This document shows positions 41,008-50,001 of a stretch of DNA of 64,000 nucleotides, one piece after another. The DNA is from Candidatus Woesearchaeota archaeon (GTDB lineage Archaea > Nanobdellota > Nanobdellia > Woesearchaeales > GW2011-AR15). The notes below the pieces were generated by a model, which was not told the origin of the DNA, did no database searches, and saw only the letters and a list, made by a program, of their open reading frames with translations. The DNA lies in the NCBI GenBank assembly GCA_038874655.1, contig JAVZBY010000001.1:231094-295093 (forward strand). Reading direction: 5' to 3'. Position 1 is the stretch's first letter, and every line of letters begins with the position of its first letter. Both the position numbers and the translations under genes were made by a program.

Positions 41008-44000
41008 ATGAAATTTAAAAAATCACAAATTAGTCTTTTCTTAATTATAGGAATTTTAGTTTTATTTTTGTTAGGTCTTTTATATTTTAAATCAAATTTT
41101 GTTAATAAAGATATTTCTTTAAAAAAAGAGCAAAACATCAATTTTGATACAAATATGGAGAAGTGTATAAATTTTTTGGTTTTTGAGGCTGTTGATGAAT
41201 ATGGTTTGTGTAATACAGAAAATTTTATTGAAGAACATATAATGAATAATTTGTATTCTTGTTTAAATACAGAACAATTCCTTAACAAAGGCTATATACT
41301 AGATCTAGAATCTCATCCAAAAAGTGTAAATGTGGAAATCTTTAATGAAACAATATTAATATATATATATTACCCAATAAGAATTGCTAAAGATGAGTTT
41401 TATTATAATTTTGAAAAGGGGGATTTTAGAGTTTCTAGATTAAAGCAAATAGATATTGTTCTTGATAATAATAAAGTAAAGAATAATTATTTTTTGGTTT
41501 CTCCTGATAATAAATTAGATATTTTTATACCAAAAAATACAAAAATAAATAATTATAATCAAAATAATTTAAAATTAAGCTTATATATAAAAGAATTATG
41601 CCCAGATAATCCTTATTTACTTGGAAGGATTAAATACGAAATATCTCCAGAACTTAATTTTGATAATAATGTTTTTATTTCAATAAGGTATAATGATAAT
41701 TTTAATAGAAAAAATATTGAAAAGAAATTTAAGGTATCATATTTAGACAATAACATATGGAAACAAATATCTAGTGATTCTAATGTTGAAAAAGATTATG
41801 TTAGAGCAGCTACTAATCATTTATCTGAATGGAGTGCAAATTGTGAAGGAGCTAATAAATTAGGAAATACACTTATGTTTAATGAATTAATCTTAAGTGA
41901 TACAGATTTATCAAAAGATGTAGTAAAAAGAGATTTAAATTGTGCTTATAATTTTTCTGGTCAATGCGGTTATGTAAAGGTTATTTTTTATTTAAGACCT
42001 GATAACCAAGATTATATCAAGGTTTATAAAGATATAATCTATAAAATTTATGACAAGCAATTAATCCCAATTATAACATTGAAAGAAAAACCTTCTGATA
42101 GTTTTTATATTCATCCAGGAGATTGTCAAACAATCTTAAATTGTAAATATGGTGAAAATGAAGACGGCACAGAAAAGCCGATTTATGATTATTCCCAGAG
42201 TGCTGATTTAGCAAAAAGACTTATTGATGAATTACATAAAGATAAAAGAGAATTACCTTTGTATGTAGAAATAGGAGAAGAACCAAACTTAGCATATGAA
42301 TGGGGAGATATATCTATAACAGATTATCAAATAAAACAATATGCAAAATATTTTTCAGAAATAGCAAGTGCTATAAAAAGTTTAGATCATTCAAATAACA
42401 TAAAAATAATGTCTGCTGGGTTGGCTCCAACATATGGATTGAAAAAATGTGAATTAACACCTTCATATGCAAAGCAATTTGATACACAACCAGATAGTTT
42501 TGAATTGCCAAAAGAAGGAAGTTATTCTTTTAAAAAAGGAGATTGTAAATTATTGGGTTTTGATTATAATTATATTATAAATAATAACTATTGTACACCA
42601 GAGTCTATAGCTAACATCAATTTTAATCTACCTTCATGTGCTTCAAAGGATATTTGCTGTAATGAAATAAGTAATCCTAATTGTGAACCAAAAACAGATT
42701 GTTATGATAGTGAAAAAGAAAAGGCAGAGCAATGTGTTTGTCCAGTAAAGAGAAATTATATTAAAGAGATATCAGAATGGTATAATTTTTATGTTTCAAA
42801 AGGGTATAATCATGTTTTTGCTGATTTAAAAAATGAGGTTGAATCTGCGTTAAACTGGGATTGTAATGAAAATAACTATGAATCAAATCAACAGGTTCAA
42901 GTAATGGAAAAAGTTAAGCAAAGGATATTAGATACTTTTGGAAAATATTGTTATGAAAAGATTGTTGAAGTGAATACGAACGAATATTTGAATAAATTTT
43001 TATCTGATCAAGATTATGGGGTAAATGTGTGTAGGTTAATAGATGTATATGCAGATCACACTTATCCAGATGAAAATTCTTTAGATTCTGAAGATGGAGG
43101 GCAAAATCCTTTTGGAATTAATGCATATAAAGAAAGATTTTCAATTTTAAATAATATATGTAATAATAAACTTAAAGTGAGTTGTACTTTACCTTATAAT
43201 GTTGATGCAGATTCAGATGGAATTTTTGATATTTTTGATAATTGTCCATTAATTAAAAATGAAGATCAAAAAGATAGAGATAAAGATGGAATAGGAGATG
43301 TCTGTGATGATTCTGATAAAGATGGAAAGGTTGATAGTGAAGATAAATGCCCAAATCTTTTTGATATAAGTGATGGCGAAGACACTGATAATGATGGAAT
43401 TGCAGATGTTTGTGATAATTGTGTTAATTTTGAGAATAATGTTCAACAGGATTTAGATATGGACGGAGTAGGAGATGCGTGTGATAGTGATATTGATGGA
43501 GATGGAATTCCAGAGATAGGTTTTGATTCATTTTGTAAAGATTCAATAACTAATTGTAAAGATAATTGTAAATATGTTCCTAATGGTAAAATAATGGGAA
43601 CTTGTTTAAATAAACCAAATATTATATGTAATGCAAATACAGATTGTAGTGATGGTGTTTGTGAGATTAATCAGAAAGATAGTGATGGTGATGGTGTAGG
43701 TGATGTTTGTGATAATTGTCCAGATATTAAAAATCCAGATCAAGCAGATTGGAATAATAATGGAAAAGGAGATGCATGCGAGGACACAGATGGAGATGGA
43801 TTTATTGATAAAGAAGACAAATGCCCTGCAATATATTCAACAGAAAATAAAGATGATTTTTGTAAATCTGAGGAATTATGTATAGGAAAAATTATAATAA
43901 CAGAAACAACATGGATGCCACATCCAAGAATACATCATAAACAGGAGTTTAGTGATTTGGATATAGATAATTATGCTTCTAAAATGAAAGCAGTATTTAA

Positions 44001-44637
44001 GTTATGGGAAGAAGATGATAATGTTTTGTCAGTTATACATTATCATTTAGGCGAAGAAGATACAATAGTTCAAGAAAAATTGAGAAACTATTCTTATACA
44101 AAGCAAATGTGTGAAAATAATTGTGTTGGAAAAAACATTTTTAATGTGTTAGCTGAAAATTTAAATCCAATAGATAAATGTGAAGAAGAATTAGTAATAA
44201 ATGGTCCTTGTACAACAAGTAAAGTTTTTATCAAAAATTTGAAAAGTGAAGTTGGTGAAGGCAATATTGTTTATAAATGCTATGATTGCCAAAATGAATA
44301 TAAAGAACCAAGTAATAATCCTGAAAAAACTTTTAATGTCAATGGAATTAATTATTTATATTATGATATGTCAAAATGTTTTGAAAAACAAATATCTTTA
44401 CCAAATTATTGTCCAGATAGTGACGGTAGTGTTAGAGAGGGGATTTTATGTGAAGAGTTTGAAATAGATAATATAAAGTATTATGGTTTAATAAAATGTG
44501 AGCCAAGTATAACATCAAATAATGCAATTGTTCATATATGCGGCACAGTTGAAGAATGTAAATATAATAAAAATAATTGTTGTGAATCAGGTGGCAATTA
44601 TGGTAATAGATGGCATTCATGCAAAAAATTAAATTAA
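41008..44637 (+). CDS. Pilin-like protein with ZU5-like NHLS domain, clan GH-A glycoside hydrolase-like domain, thrombospondin type 3 repeats and Cys-rich tail (1209 aa)
   Basis: KKS|QISLF; YVEIGEEPN, SAGLAP, DVYADHTYP, IIITETTW; repeated DxDxDGxGDxCDNC. Confidence 0.78.
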   Translation: MKFKKSQISLFLIIGILVLFLLGLLYFKSNFVNKDISLKKEQNINFDTNMEKCINFLVFEAVDEYGLCNTENFIEEHIMNNLYSCLNTEQFLNKGYILDLESHPKSVNVEIFNETILIYIYYPIRIAKDEFYYNFEKGDFRVSRLKQIDIVLDNNKVKNNYFLVSPDNKLDIFIPKNTKINNYNQNNLKLSLYIKELCPDNPYLLGRIKYEISPELNFDNNVFISIRYNDNFNRKNIEKKFKVSYLDNNIWKQISSDSNVEKDYVRAATNHLSEWSANCEGANKLGNTLMFNELILSDTDLSKDVVKRDLNCAYNFSGQCGYVKVIFYLRPDNQDYIKVYKDIIYKIYDKQLIPIITLKEKPSDSFYIHPGDCQTILNCKYGENEDGTEKPIYDYSQSADLAKRLIDELHKDKRELPLYVEIGEEPNLAYEWGDISITDYQIKQYAKYFSEIASAIKSLDHSNNIKIMSAGLAPTYGLKKCELTPSYAKQFDTQPDSFELPKEGSYSFKKGDCKLLGFDYNYIINNNYCTPESIANINFNLPSCASKDICCNEISNPNCEPKTDCYDSEKEKAEQCVCPVKRNYIKEISEWYNFYVSKGYNHVFADLKNEVESALNWDCNENNYESNQQVQVMEKVKQRILDTFGKYCYEKIVEVNTNEYLNKFLSDQDYGVNVCRLIDVYADHTYPDENSLDSEDGGQNPFGINAYKERFSILNNICNNKLKVSCTLPYNVDADSDGIFDIFDNCPLIKNEDQKDRDKDGIGDVCDDSDKDGKVDSEDKCPNLFDISDGEDTDNDGIADVCDNCVNFENNVQQDLDMDGVGDACDSDIDGDGIPEIGFDSFCKDSITNCKDNCKYVPNGKIMGTCLNKPNIICNANTDCSDGVCEINQKDSDGDGVGDVCDNCPDIKNPDQADWNNNGKGDACEDTDGDGFIDKEDKCPAIYSTENKDDFCKSEELCIGKIIITETTWMPHPRIHHKQEFSDLDIDNYASKMKAVFKLWEEDDNVLSVIHYHLGEEDTIVQEKLRNYSYTKQMCENNCVGKNIFNVLAENLNPIDKCEEELVINGPCTTSKVFIKNLKSEVGEGNIVYKCYDCQNEYKEPSNNPEKTFNVNGINYLYYDMSKCFEKQISLPNYCPDSDGSVREGILCEEFEIDNIKYYGLIKCEPSITSNNAIVHICGTVEECKYNKNNCCESGGNYGNRWHSCKKLN
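43204..43860 (+). repeat. Thrombospondin type 3 (Ca-binding) protein repeats inside the 41008 CDS
   Basis: Multiple DxDxDG[IV]xD[AV]CD / DNCP units. Confidence 0.9.
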
Positions 44638-44656
44638 ATGTTAAATTAGAGTCTTT

Positions 44657-46930
44657 TTAATCTTTCTTTCTTTTTCTTACTTCATTCTCAAACCAGAAAA
44701 GCCATTCTTGGTATATTCTTTTATGGTCTAATTTTCCAGTTTTTCTTTTAACTTTTTCACTTATTAAATGATAATTATCATTACAGAGGATAACAAAAGG
44801 TGCTTCTAGCATATCAGGGTCATTAATTTCAAGAGATTTTTTAACTAATGTTTCTTTACATTGTGCTCTTGTTAATATGTCTTGCCAAACAGCATCCCAT
44901 TTACCAGCATAGTCTGATATTTTTGAAGCAATAGTTTTTAAAACTTCAGATTCTCCGTTAATTAGATCTAAGGTTGGTTCTAATTCATCTGTGGTTGCAT
45001 TATATTTCATTAAATCAACAAAACCCTTTTCTAATAAAGGATCATTTTCCCAGGATTTTTGAACTTCTGTAATTTGTGTAATTCTCCTATATCTGTGTAA
45101 GCCATCCGCAGATTTTATGGGTGTAGCAACAATTATGATGTCTGTTGCTTTGAAACTAGTTTTAGGAACACCAATATCATTTACAACCCTATCATATAAA
45201 CCATAAGGAGAATCTGCATGAATTGTGCCAGCAACTACATTAGCTGCAGCACCGACTCTCATTGCTTCATACAAAGCAATAGCTTCTTTACTTCTTACTT
45301 CACCAATAATTAAAGAAGAATCACCTAGTCTTAATGTTGCTCTTATTCCTGTTGATGAATCAACTTCATTTCCGGTTTGTGTTAAGGAGCTAGCTACTTT
45401 CATAGATTGAATGTTAAATCCTAAATCCCTTAATTGTGGAACAGGTAATTCTAATGTATCTTCAATTGTAATTATTCTATATCTACGCATTATTTCCACA
45501 ATTAGAGATGATAAAAAACTACTTTTTCCAGAACTTCTTGTTCCGCAAACCATAAAAGTTCTAGTGCCATCAATTAAGAAGCTTAATAAACCAGCTGCTA
45601 AGGGGTTTATCATTTTATATTTTATAAATAGAGGAAGTGTCCATGGTTTATCTCTATGCCTTCTATAAGAAAAAGCTAAACCAGTTGGATTTAATGGGGG
45701 ATTTATTACAGAAACTCTTGTAGAAGCACCAGGAATATTTAATTCTGTATCTAAAATAGGATTTGCTTCATCTAAAGGTCTACCAGATATCATTCTTAAT
45801 TTAGAAGCCCAACTTTCTGTTTCTTGTTGTGTGGGTATTATATTTGTTATGCAGTCATCATATTTTCCATGAACAATGAAAATAGGTGTTTTTCCAACAG
45901 GACTATTTACAGAAATGTCTTGTATATTTTCATCTTGTAAAAGAACTTCTATTAAACCAAAACCAACAGTATATCTAACTAAGATATTAGTTAATTCCTC
46001 AATTTCCTTTTCTCTTAGATTTATTTTTCTGTAATCTGCTAACTCTCTTATTAGGTCTTTTCCTACATTGAAGAAAACTTCTCTCATTCTTCTAGGATCA
46101 ACAAAATCAGACTTTTGAGGTTTATGTTCAGCCATTATGTTTTTAGCAGTATCTAATAATTCATATTTCTCTTCATTTAATTTAAATTCTGGAGGCATTA
46201 AATGATATAATGTTTGTGTATTATTATTTAATCTAAAAATAGTTACTTCTGTGTCTTCACCTAATTTATATGAATCAATTTCTTCAGCATCTTTAGGATA
46301 CATAGACATTAATTTAGTATACATAAAGTCAGGTTTAATTGTTGGTGAAAAAATCTTTCTATATACCCCTCTATCCCCTATTTCATAACCAGCTAAATAT
46401 GGTTTTGATATAATAGCAATTTTTGTATTTTCTAGAAGTTCTATTAAATAATCTAAAACAGAGATAAAATTCGTTGTGCAATATACAGTTAATTCATTTT
46501 CAGCTTTTTCAAGAACAATGTTTTCTCTTCTTTTTAATCTTTTTAATTCTACAAGCGCGCCTAATGGGTCTTTTAATAATAAATTAAAGATTATTTCTCT
46601 AACTTGATTATACCAAGTATCAGCAAAATTTTTACATTTCCCAAAAGTTAATGCGGATAAACTTAATCTATTTTTCTCTCGAGTTAATTCAGCATAAATA
46701 GAAGCAATTTCTTTTAAAAAAAGGGTTTGTTCATAATCATACTCAAATTCTCTTTTTTGAAAAAAGACTATTTTTGTAATAGATTGATTTTCAGCTAGTT
46801 TTTCAATTGTTTTAGCCATTGTGTAAGGGCTATCTTCAATAGAAGCAGGATAACTAGTATCAGAAAAATCACCTTTTAAAATAGTATCTTCATTTGTTCT
46901 TTCAATAGTAAATTTTATTTCTTTATCCAT
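44657..46930 (-). CDS. Second, long secretion/pilus ATPase (VirB11/ArlI family, 757 aa)
   Basis: Walker A GTRSSGKSS, TIEDTLEL, LRLGDSSLIIGEVRS, GTIHAD; long N-terminal extension. Confidence 0.92.
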   Translation of the reverse strand: MDKEIKFTIERTNEDTILKGDFSDTSYPASIEDSPYTMAKTIEKLAENQSITKIVFFQKREFEYDYEQTLFLKEIASIYAELTREKNRLSLSALTFGKCKNFADTWYNQVREIIFNLLLKDPLGALVELKRLKRRENIVLEKAENELTVYCTTNFISVLDYLIELLENTKIAIISKPYLAGYEIGDRGVYRKIFSPTIKPDFMYTKLMSMYPKDAEEIDSYKLGEDTEVTIFRLNNNTQTLYHLMPPEFKLNEEKYELLDTAKNIMAEHKPQKSDFVDPRRMREVFFNVGKDLIRELADYRKINLREKEIEELTNILVRYTVGFGLIEVLLQDENIQDISVNSPVGKTPIFIVHGKYDDCITNIIPTQQETESWASKLRMISGRPLDEANPILDTELNIPGASTRVSVINPPLNPTGLAFSYRRHRDKPWTLPLFIKYKMINPLAAGLLSFLIDGTRTFMVCGTRSSGKSSFLSSLIVEIMRRYRIITIEDTLELPVPQLRDLGFNIQSMKVASSLTQTGNEVDSSTGIRATLRLGDSSLIIGEVRSKEAIALYEAMRVGAAANVVAGTIHADSPYGLYDRVVNDIGVPKTSFKATDIIIVATPIKSADGLHRYRRITQITEVQKSWENDPLLEKGFVDLMKYNATTDELEPTLDLINGESEVLKTIASKISDYAGKWDAVWQDILTRAQCKETLVKKSLEINDPDMLEAPFVILCNDNYHLISEKVKRKTGKLDHKRIYQEWLFWFENEVRKRKKD

Positions 46931-47042
46931 CCAAAGTTTTAAATACTTTTATGGCTTTAAATATTTTATTGATTTTATAAATTTATAAATTTTGTATTTA
47001 TTAAATTTACATAGTACTTTTTATTATATGATAATATGTAAA

Positions 47043-47456
47043 ATGGTAGATCAAAAAAAAGTAGTAGATCAAAAAAAGCAAGAGCCTGAAATTCCTAAAG
47101 AGATAACTACAAATATAGAAGAATTAATGCATAGATTAAGACTTCTTGAGGAAAGATTTTCTAATTTAAGAAAAAAGAGTGATTTCATAGAACAAACAAT
47201 TTTAAAAGACACAAAAGATATATTTGAAGAAATTAATGTTTTAGAATCAAATTTAAGTGAATTAAAAAATGAGATTTCAGAGTTAAGTGAAAAAATGATT
47301 AAATTAACAGAAGAAATTAATCAAACTGTAAAAAAAAGTGAATTTAATGTTTTAGCTAAATATCTAGAATTTTGGCAACCAATGGAATTTTTAACAAAAG
47401 AAGAAGCAAAAAAATTGTTAAATGAGATTTATTTATTAAAAAAAGAAGAAAAATAA
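47043..47456 (+). CDS. Coiled-coil hypothetical protein
   Basis: RLRLLEERFSNLRKK heptads, KYLEFWQPMEF; start moved to ATG 47043. Confidence 0.75.
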   Translation: MVDQKKVVDQKKQEPEIPKEITTNIEELMHRLRLLEERFSNLRKKSDFIEQTILKDTKDIFEEINVLESNLSELKNEISELSEKMIKLTEEINQTVKKSEFNVLAKYLEFWQPMEFLTKEEAKKLLNEIYLLKKEEK

Positions 47457-47528
47457 TAATAAAAAAACTAATACTAAAAATTAAAAACAGAAAGGTATAA
47501 ATACTTTTTTAAACTTAATTAATTTAAA

Positions 47529-48164
47529 ATGGCACAAGGTTCACCAATTAATGAAATTTTTCAAATGAGACAACAAGGATTATCAAATAATCAGATAATA
47601 CAAAATTTGCAAAGATCAGGTTATACTAATACGCAAATTTTTGATGCGATGAATCAAGCAGACACAAAAATGGCTGTTGAAGGCATACAACCAAGCTTTC
47701 AATTTCAAGATCAAGGGTTATTTACACAACCAACAAATGTTGAAACACAAACAACAATGCAGACAAATACAGAATTTTCTCAACCAATAGAACCAGTTTA
47801 TCAAGATTATAATGATCAAGGGCATATTACTTCAGCAGTTAAAACAGAGGAATTAATTGAAGCAATCATTGAAGAAAAATGGGAGGAATTGATAAAAGAA
47901 GTAAATAAAATAGTAGAATGGAAAAATAAAGTAGAAACTAGAATTTCAGAAATTGAAATAAAACTTGAAACCTTAAGAGAAAGTTTTTCTGATCTTAATA
48001 GAGCAGTTATAGGAAAAGTTAATGAATATGATAAACACATATTAGAAATTGGTTCAGATATAAAGGCAATGGAAAAGGTTTTTTCAAAAGTATTGCCAGT
48101 TTTTACTGAAAATGTTAATGAGTTATCTAGAATAACTTCAAGAATTAAAAGATTAGAAGAATAA
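47529..48164 (+). CDS. Hypothetical protein (small N-terminal helical domain, Gln/Thr linker, coiled coil)
   Basis: MRQQGLSNNQIIQNLQRSGY; EELIEAIIEEKW; KAMEKVFSKVLP. Confidence 0.8.
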   Translation: MAQGSPINEIFQMRQQGLSNNQIIQNLQRSGYTNTQIFDAMNQADTKMAVEGIQPSFQFQDQGLFTQPTNVETQTTMQTNTEFSQPIEPVYQDYNDQGHITSAVKTEELIEAIIEEKWEELIKEVNKIVEWKNKVETRISEIEIKLETLRESFSDLNRAVIGKVNEYDKHILEIGSDIKAMEKVFSKVLPVFTENVNELSRITSRIKRLEE

Positions 48165-48182
48165 TCTTTAAAGGGTGATATA

Positions 48183-48710
48183 ATGAAAAAAGCACAATTA
48201 GCTGTTGAAACTTTGATGATATATGGCATTGCAATTTTAATTGTTATGGTAGCAATTGGCGCATTAATAGGATTTGGTGTTTTGGATTTAGGTGGTTTAT
48301 TACCTGACACATGTTCAATTACAGGAGCATCATTAACTTGTGATGAATATTATTTTTCAAAATCCACTGGCTTAAATATGGAAATAACAAATAATTTAGG
48401 AAAAAATTTAGAATCCTTAAATTTAACAAGTTTAAAACCAAGTGATAAAAATGATCAAGGGTTAGTTCAATGTGATCTTTCAACTCAACAGGTTTCATTT
48501 ACAGTTGATGGAACAAATCCAGTATCAGCTACTAATCCTTTAATTAATGGAGAAAAAGCCTCATTATCAGCAATTAATTGTTTGCCTGCTCAAAGTTTAA
48601 AAGCTGGAAAGAAAATAAGTTTGAATTTTGAATTATCATATAAAACAGTAGGTAGTAATTTACAAAATAGAAAAGTAAGTGGAAAAATGAGAGTAACTAT
48701 TGTAGAATAA
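48183..48710 (+). CDS. Type IV pilin (candidate major pilin)
   Basis: KKA|QLAVE (Glu +5), YGIAILIVMVAIGAL..FGVL, PDTC..C; GGGTGA RBS. Confidence 0.88.
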   Translation: MKKAQLAVETLMIYGIAILIVMVAIGALIGFGVLDLGGLLPDTCSITGASLTCDEYYFSKSTGLNMEITNNLGKNLESLNLTSLKPSDKNDQGLVQCDLSTQQVSFTVDGTNPVSATNPLINGEKASLSAINCLPAQSLKAGKKISLNFELSYKTVGSNLQNRKVSGKMRVTIVE

Positions 48711-48749
48711 AAATGACTTAATATTTTTTTACTTTTTTATGTTAAAAAA

Positions 48750-49451
48750 TTATCTACCAAATCTTCTTCTTCTTTTGGAATATTCTTCTAAACAATAGAT
48801 AAAATCTTGTTTTTCAATTTCAGGCCACATTTTTTCAATAAAAATAAATTCACTATATGCAGATTGAAAACTTAAAAAATTTGAGAGTCTTTTTTCACCT
48901 CCAGTTCTTATAATTAAATCAGGTTCAGAATCTAAATAAAGATGTTTTCTAAATATTTTTTCATTTATTTTTTTTATATCTATCTCTCCTTTTTTAATTT
49001 TTTCAGCAATCTTTAAAGTTGCGTCAATAACTTCTTCTTGGCCTCCATAAGCCATAGCAAAATTGATTATATATCTTTTATGATTTTTAGTTTTTTCCAT
49101 AATGTCTATTATTTTTTTTTGAACCTTTTTTGGAAACATCCATATTCTGCCAATGACATTTATTCTTATTTTATTTTCATAAATTCTTTTATCATTTTTT
49201 AACTTTTCAAAGTTTTCTTCAAATATTTTCATTAGGTAATTAAATTCTTTTTTTGGTCTGTTAAAATTTTGTATAGAAAAAGTATATAAAGTTACTTCTT
49301 TTATTTTATATTCATGGCACCAATCTAAAACTTGTTCTAATTTTTTTGCACCCCATTCATGCCCTTTCCAAGGCTTAAGCATTAGTTTTTTAGAGAATCT
49401 TCTATTACCATCCATTATTATGCCAATATGTTTTGGCACATTTTTTATCAT
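48750..49451 (-). CDS. uppS: cis-prenyltransferase (UppS family; polyprenyl/dolichyl carrier synthesis)
   Basis: PKHIGIIMDGNRR, YTFSIQNFNRP, PDLIIRTGGEKRLSNFL. Confidence 0.97.
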   Translation of the reverse strand: MIKNVPKHIGIIMDGNRRFSKKLMLKPWKGHEWGAKKLEQVLDWCHEYKIKEVTLYTFSIQNFNRPKKEFNYLMKIFEENFEKLKNDKRIYENKIRINVIGRIWMFPKKVQKKIIDIMEKTKNHKRYIINFAMAYGGQEEVIDATLKIAEKIKKGEIDIKKINEKIFRKHLYLDSEPDLIIRTGGEKRLSNFLSFQSAYSEFIFIEKMWPEIEKQDFIYCLEEYSKRRRRFGR

Positions 49452-49584
49452 TTTATTTTAAAAAGAAATTAATATATTTAAAAACTTTTTTATAAATTTT
49501 TTATAAATCTTATTTTATATAATCTATAAGTATATTTTAATAAAATTATTATTTTTAATTTAATAATCATTTTAAAAACAAATC

Positions 49585-49592
49585 TTTATAAA
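49585..49592 (+). promoter_or_regulatory. TATA box (TTTATAAA) with A-rich BRE-like upstream sequence for the structured RNA/dnaG transcript
   Basis: Lies about 20-28 nt upstream of where the GC-rich structured segment starts (49613). Confidence 0.55.
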
Positions 49593-49612
49593 TTATTTTT
49601 CTTTCTAATAAA

Positions 49613-49949
49613 GTTGTGCAAATGGGTCCTCTAATGAGACACCTTTGTAAGGTGGTCTATGAGTTTGAGACACTCTTGCATAATACAGCCCGCCATGAGA
49701 GTACCCAATGGAGCTCACGATGCAATCAAGCAATGAGCTTGGGGGTTAGTGTTGCGGGCGACAATGTTTATGTTTAAATGTTTATTATGATCCTAAACTA
49801 GAACAAGTATTATTATCCTTTATCAATATTTATTAGGATTTATTAAGAGACTTGTTCTAGATAGCACAACATAAGAAAATGGCATTCCTACTATCCTTTA
49901 TTTTTTTTAAATACATATTTTTGGTAGATGCTTTTCTTTATGTTGGGCT
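49613..49949 (+). ncRNA. Unassigned structured RNA (about 340 nt, four stem domains) upstream of dnaG
   Basis: About 49% GC in 49613-49760 (hand count) against AT-rich flanks; stems GTGCAA/TTGCAT, AGACACCTT/AAGGTGGTCT, GCCCGC/GCGGGC, GAGCTCA/TGAGCTT, CTAGAACAAGT/ACTTGTTCTAG, AGCACAACATAAGAAAA/TTTTCTTTATGTTGGGCT. Confidence 0.7.
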
Positions 49950-50001
49950 TATTTAGTATTTAAAAAATAAATACAAAATTAATTAAATTGGAGGCGAGAT
50001 T

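Noticed and set aside
43204-43860. Possible CRISPR array or DNA tandem repeat
   Set aside because: Repeats are degenerate at the DNA level and conserved only as TSP3 protein motifs; no repeat-spacer pattern or cas genes seen in the window
49622-49777. 51-codon ORF MGPLMRHLCK...DNVYV inside the structured region
   Set aside because: Uses GC-rich codons (CGC, CGA, GCG) rare in the surrounding genes and has no recognisable motif; base pairing explains the composition better, though a leader peptide is not excluded
49613-49949. Structured region as RNase P RNA, SRP RNA or tRNA
   Set aside because: No GAGGAAnnUC or ACAnAA P4 motifs on either strand (only an isolated GGGCTTAT), no SRP helix-8 motif with a GNRA loop, no cloverleaf or TTCGA; left unassigned pending a covariance search
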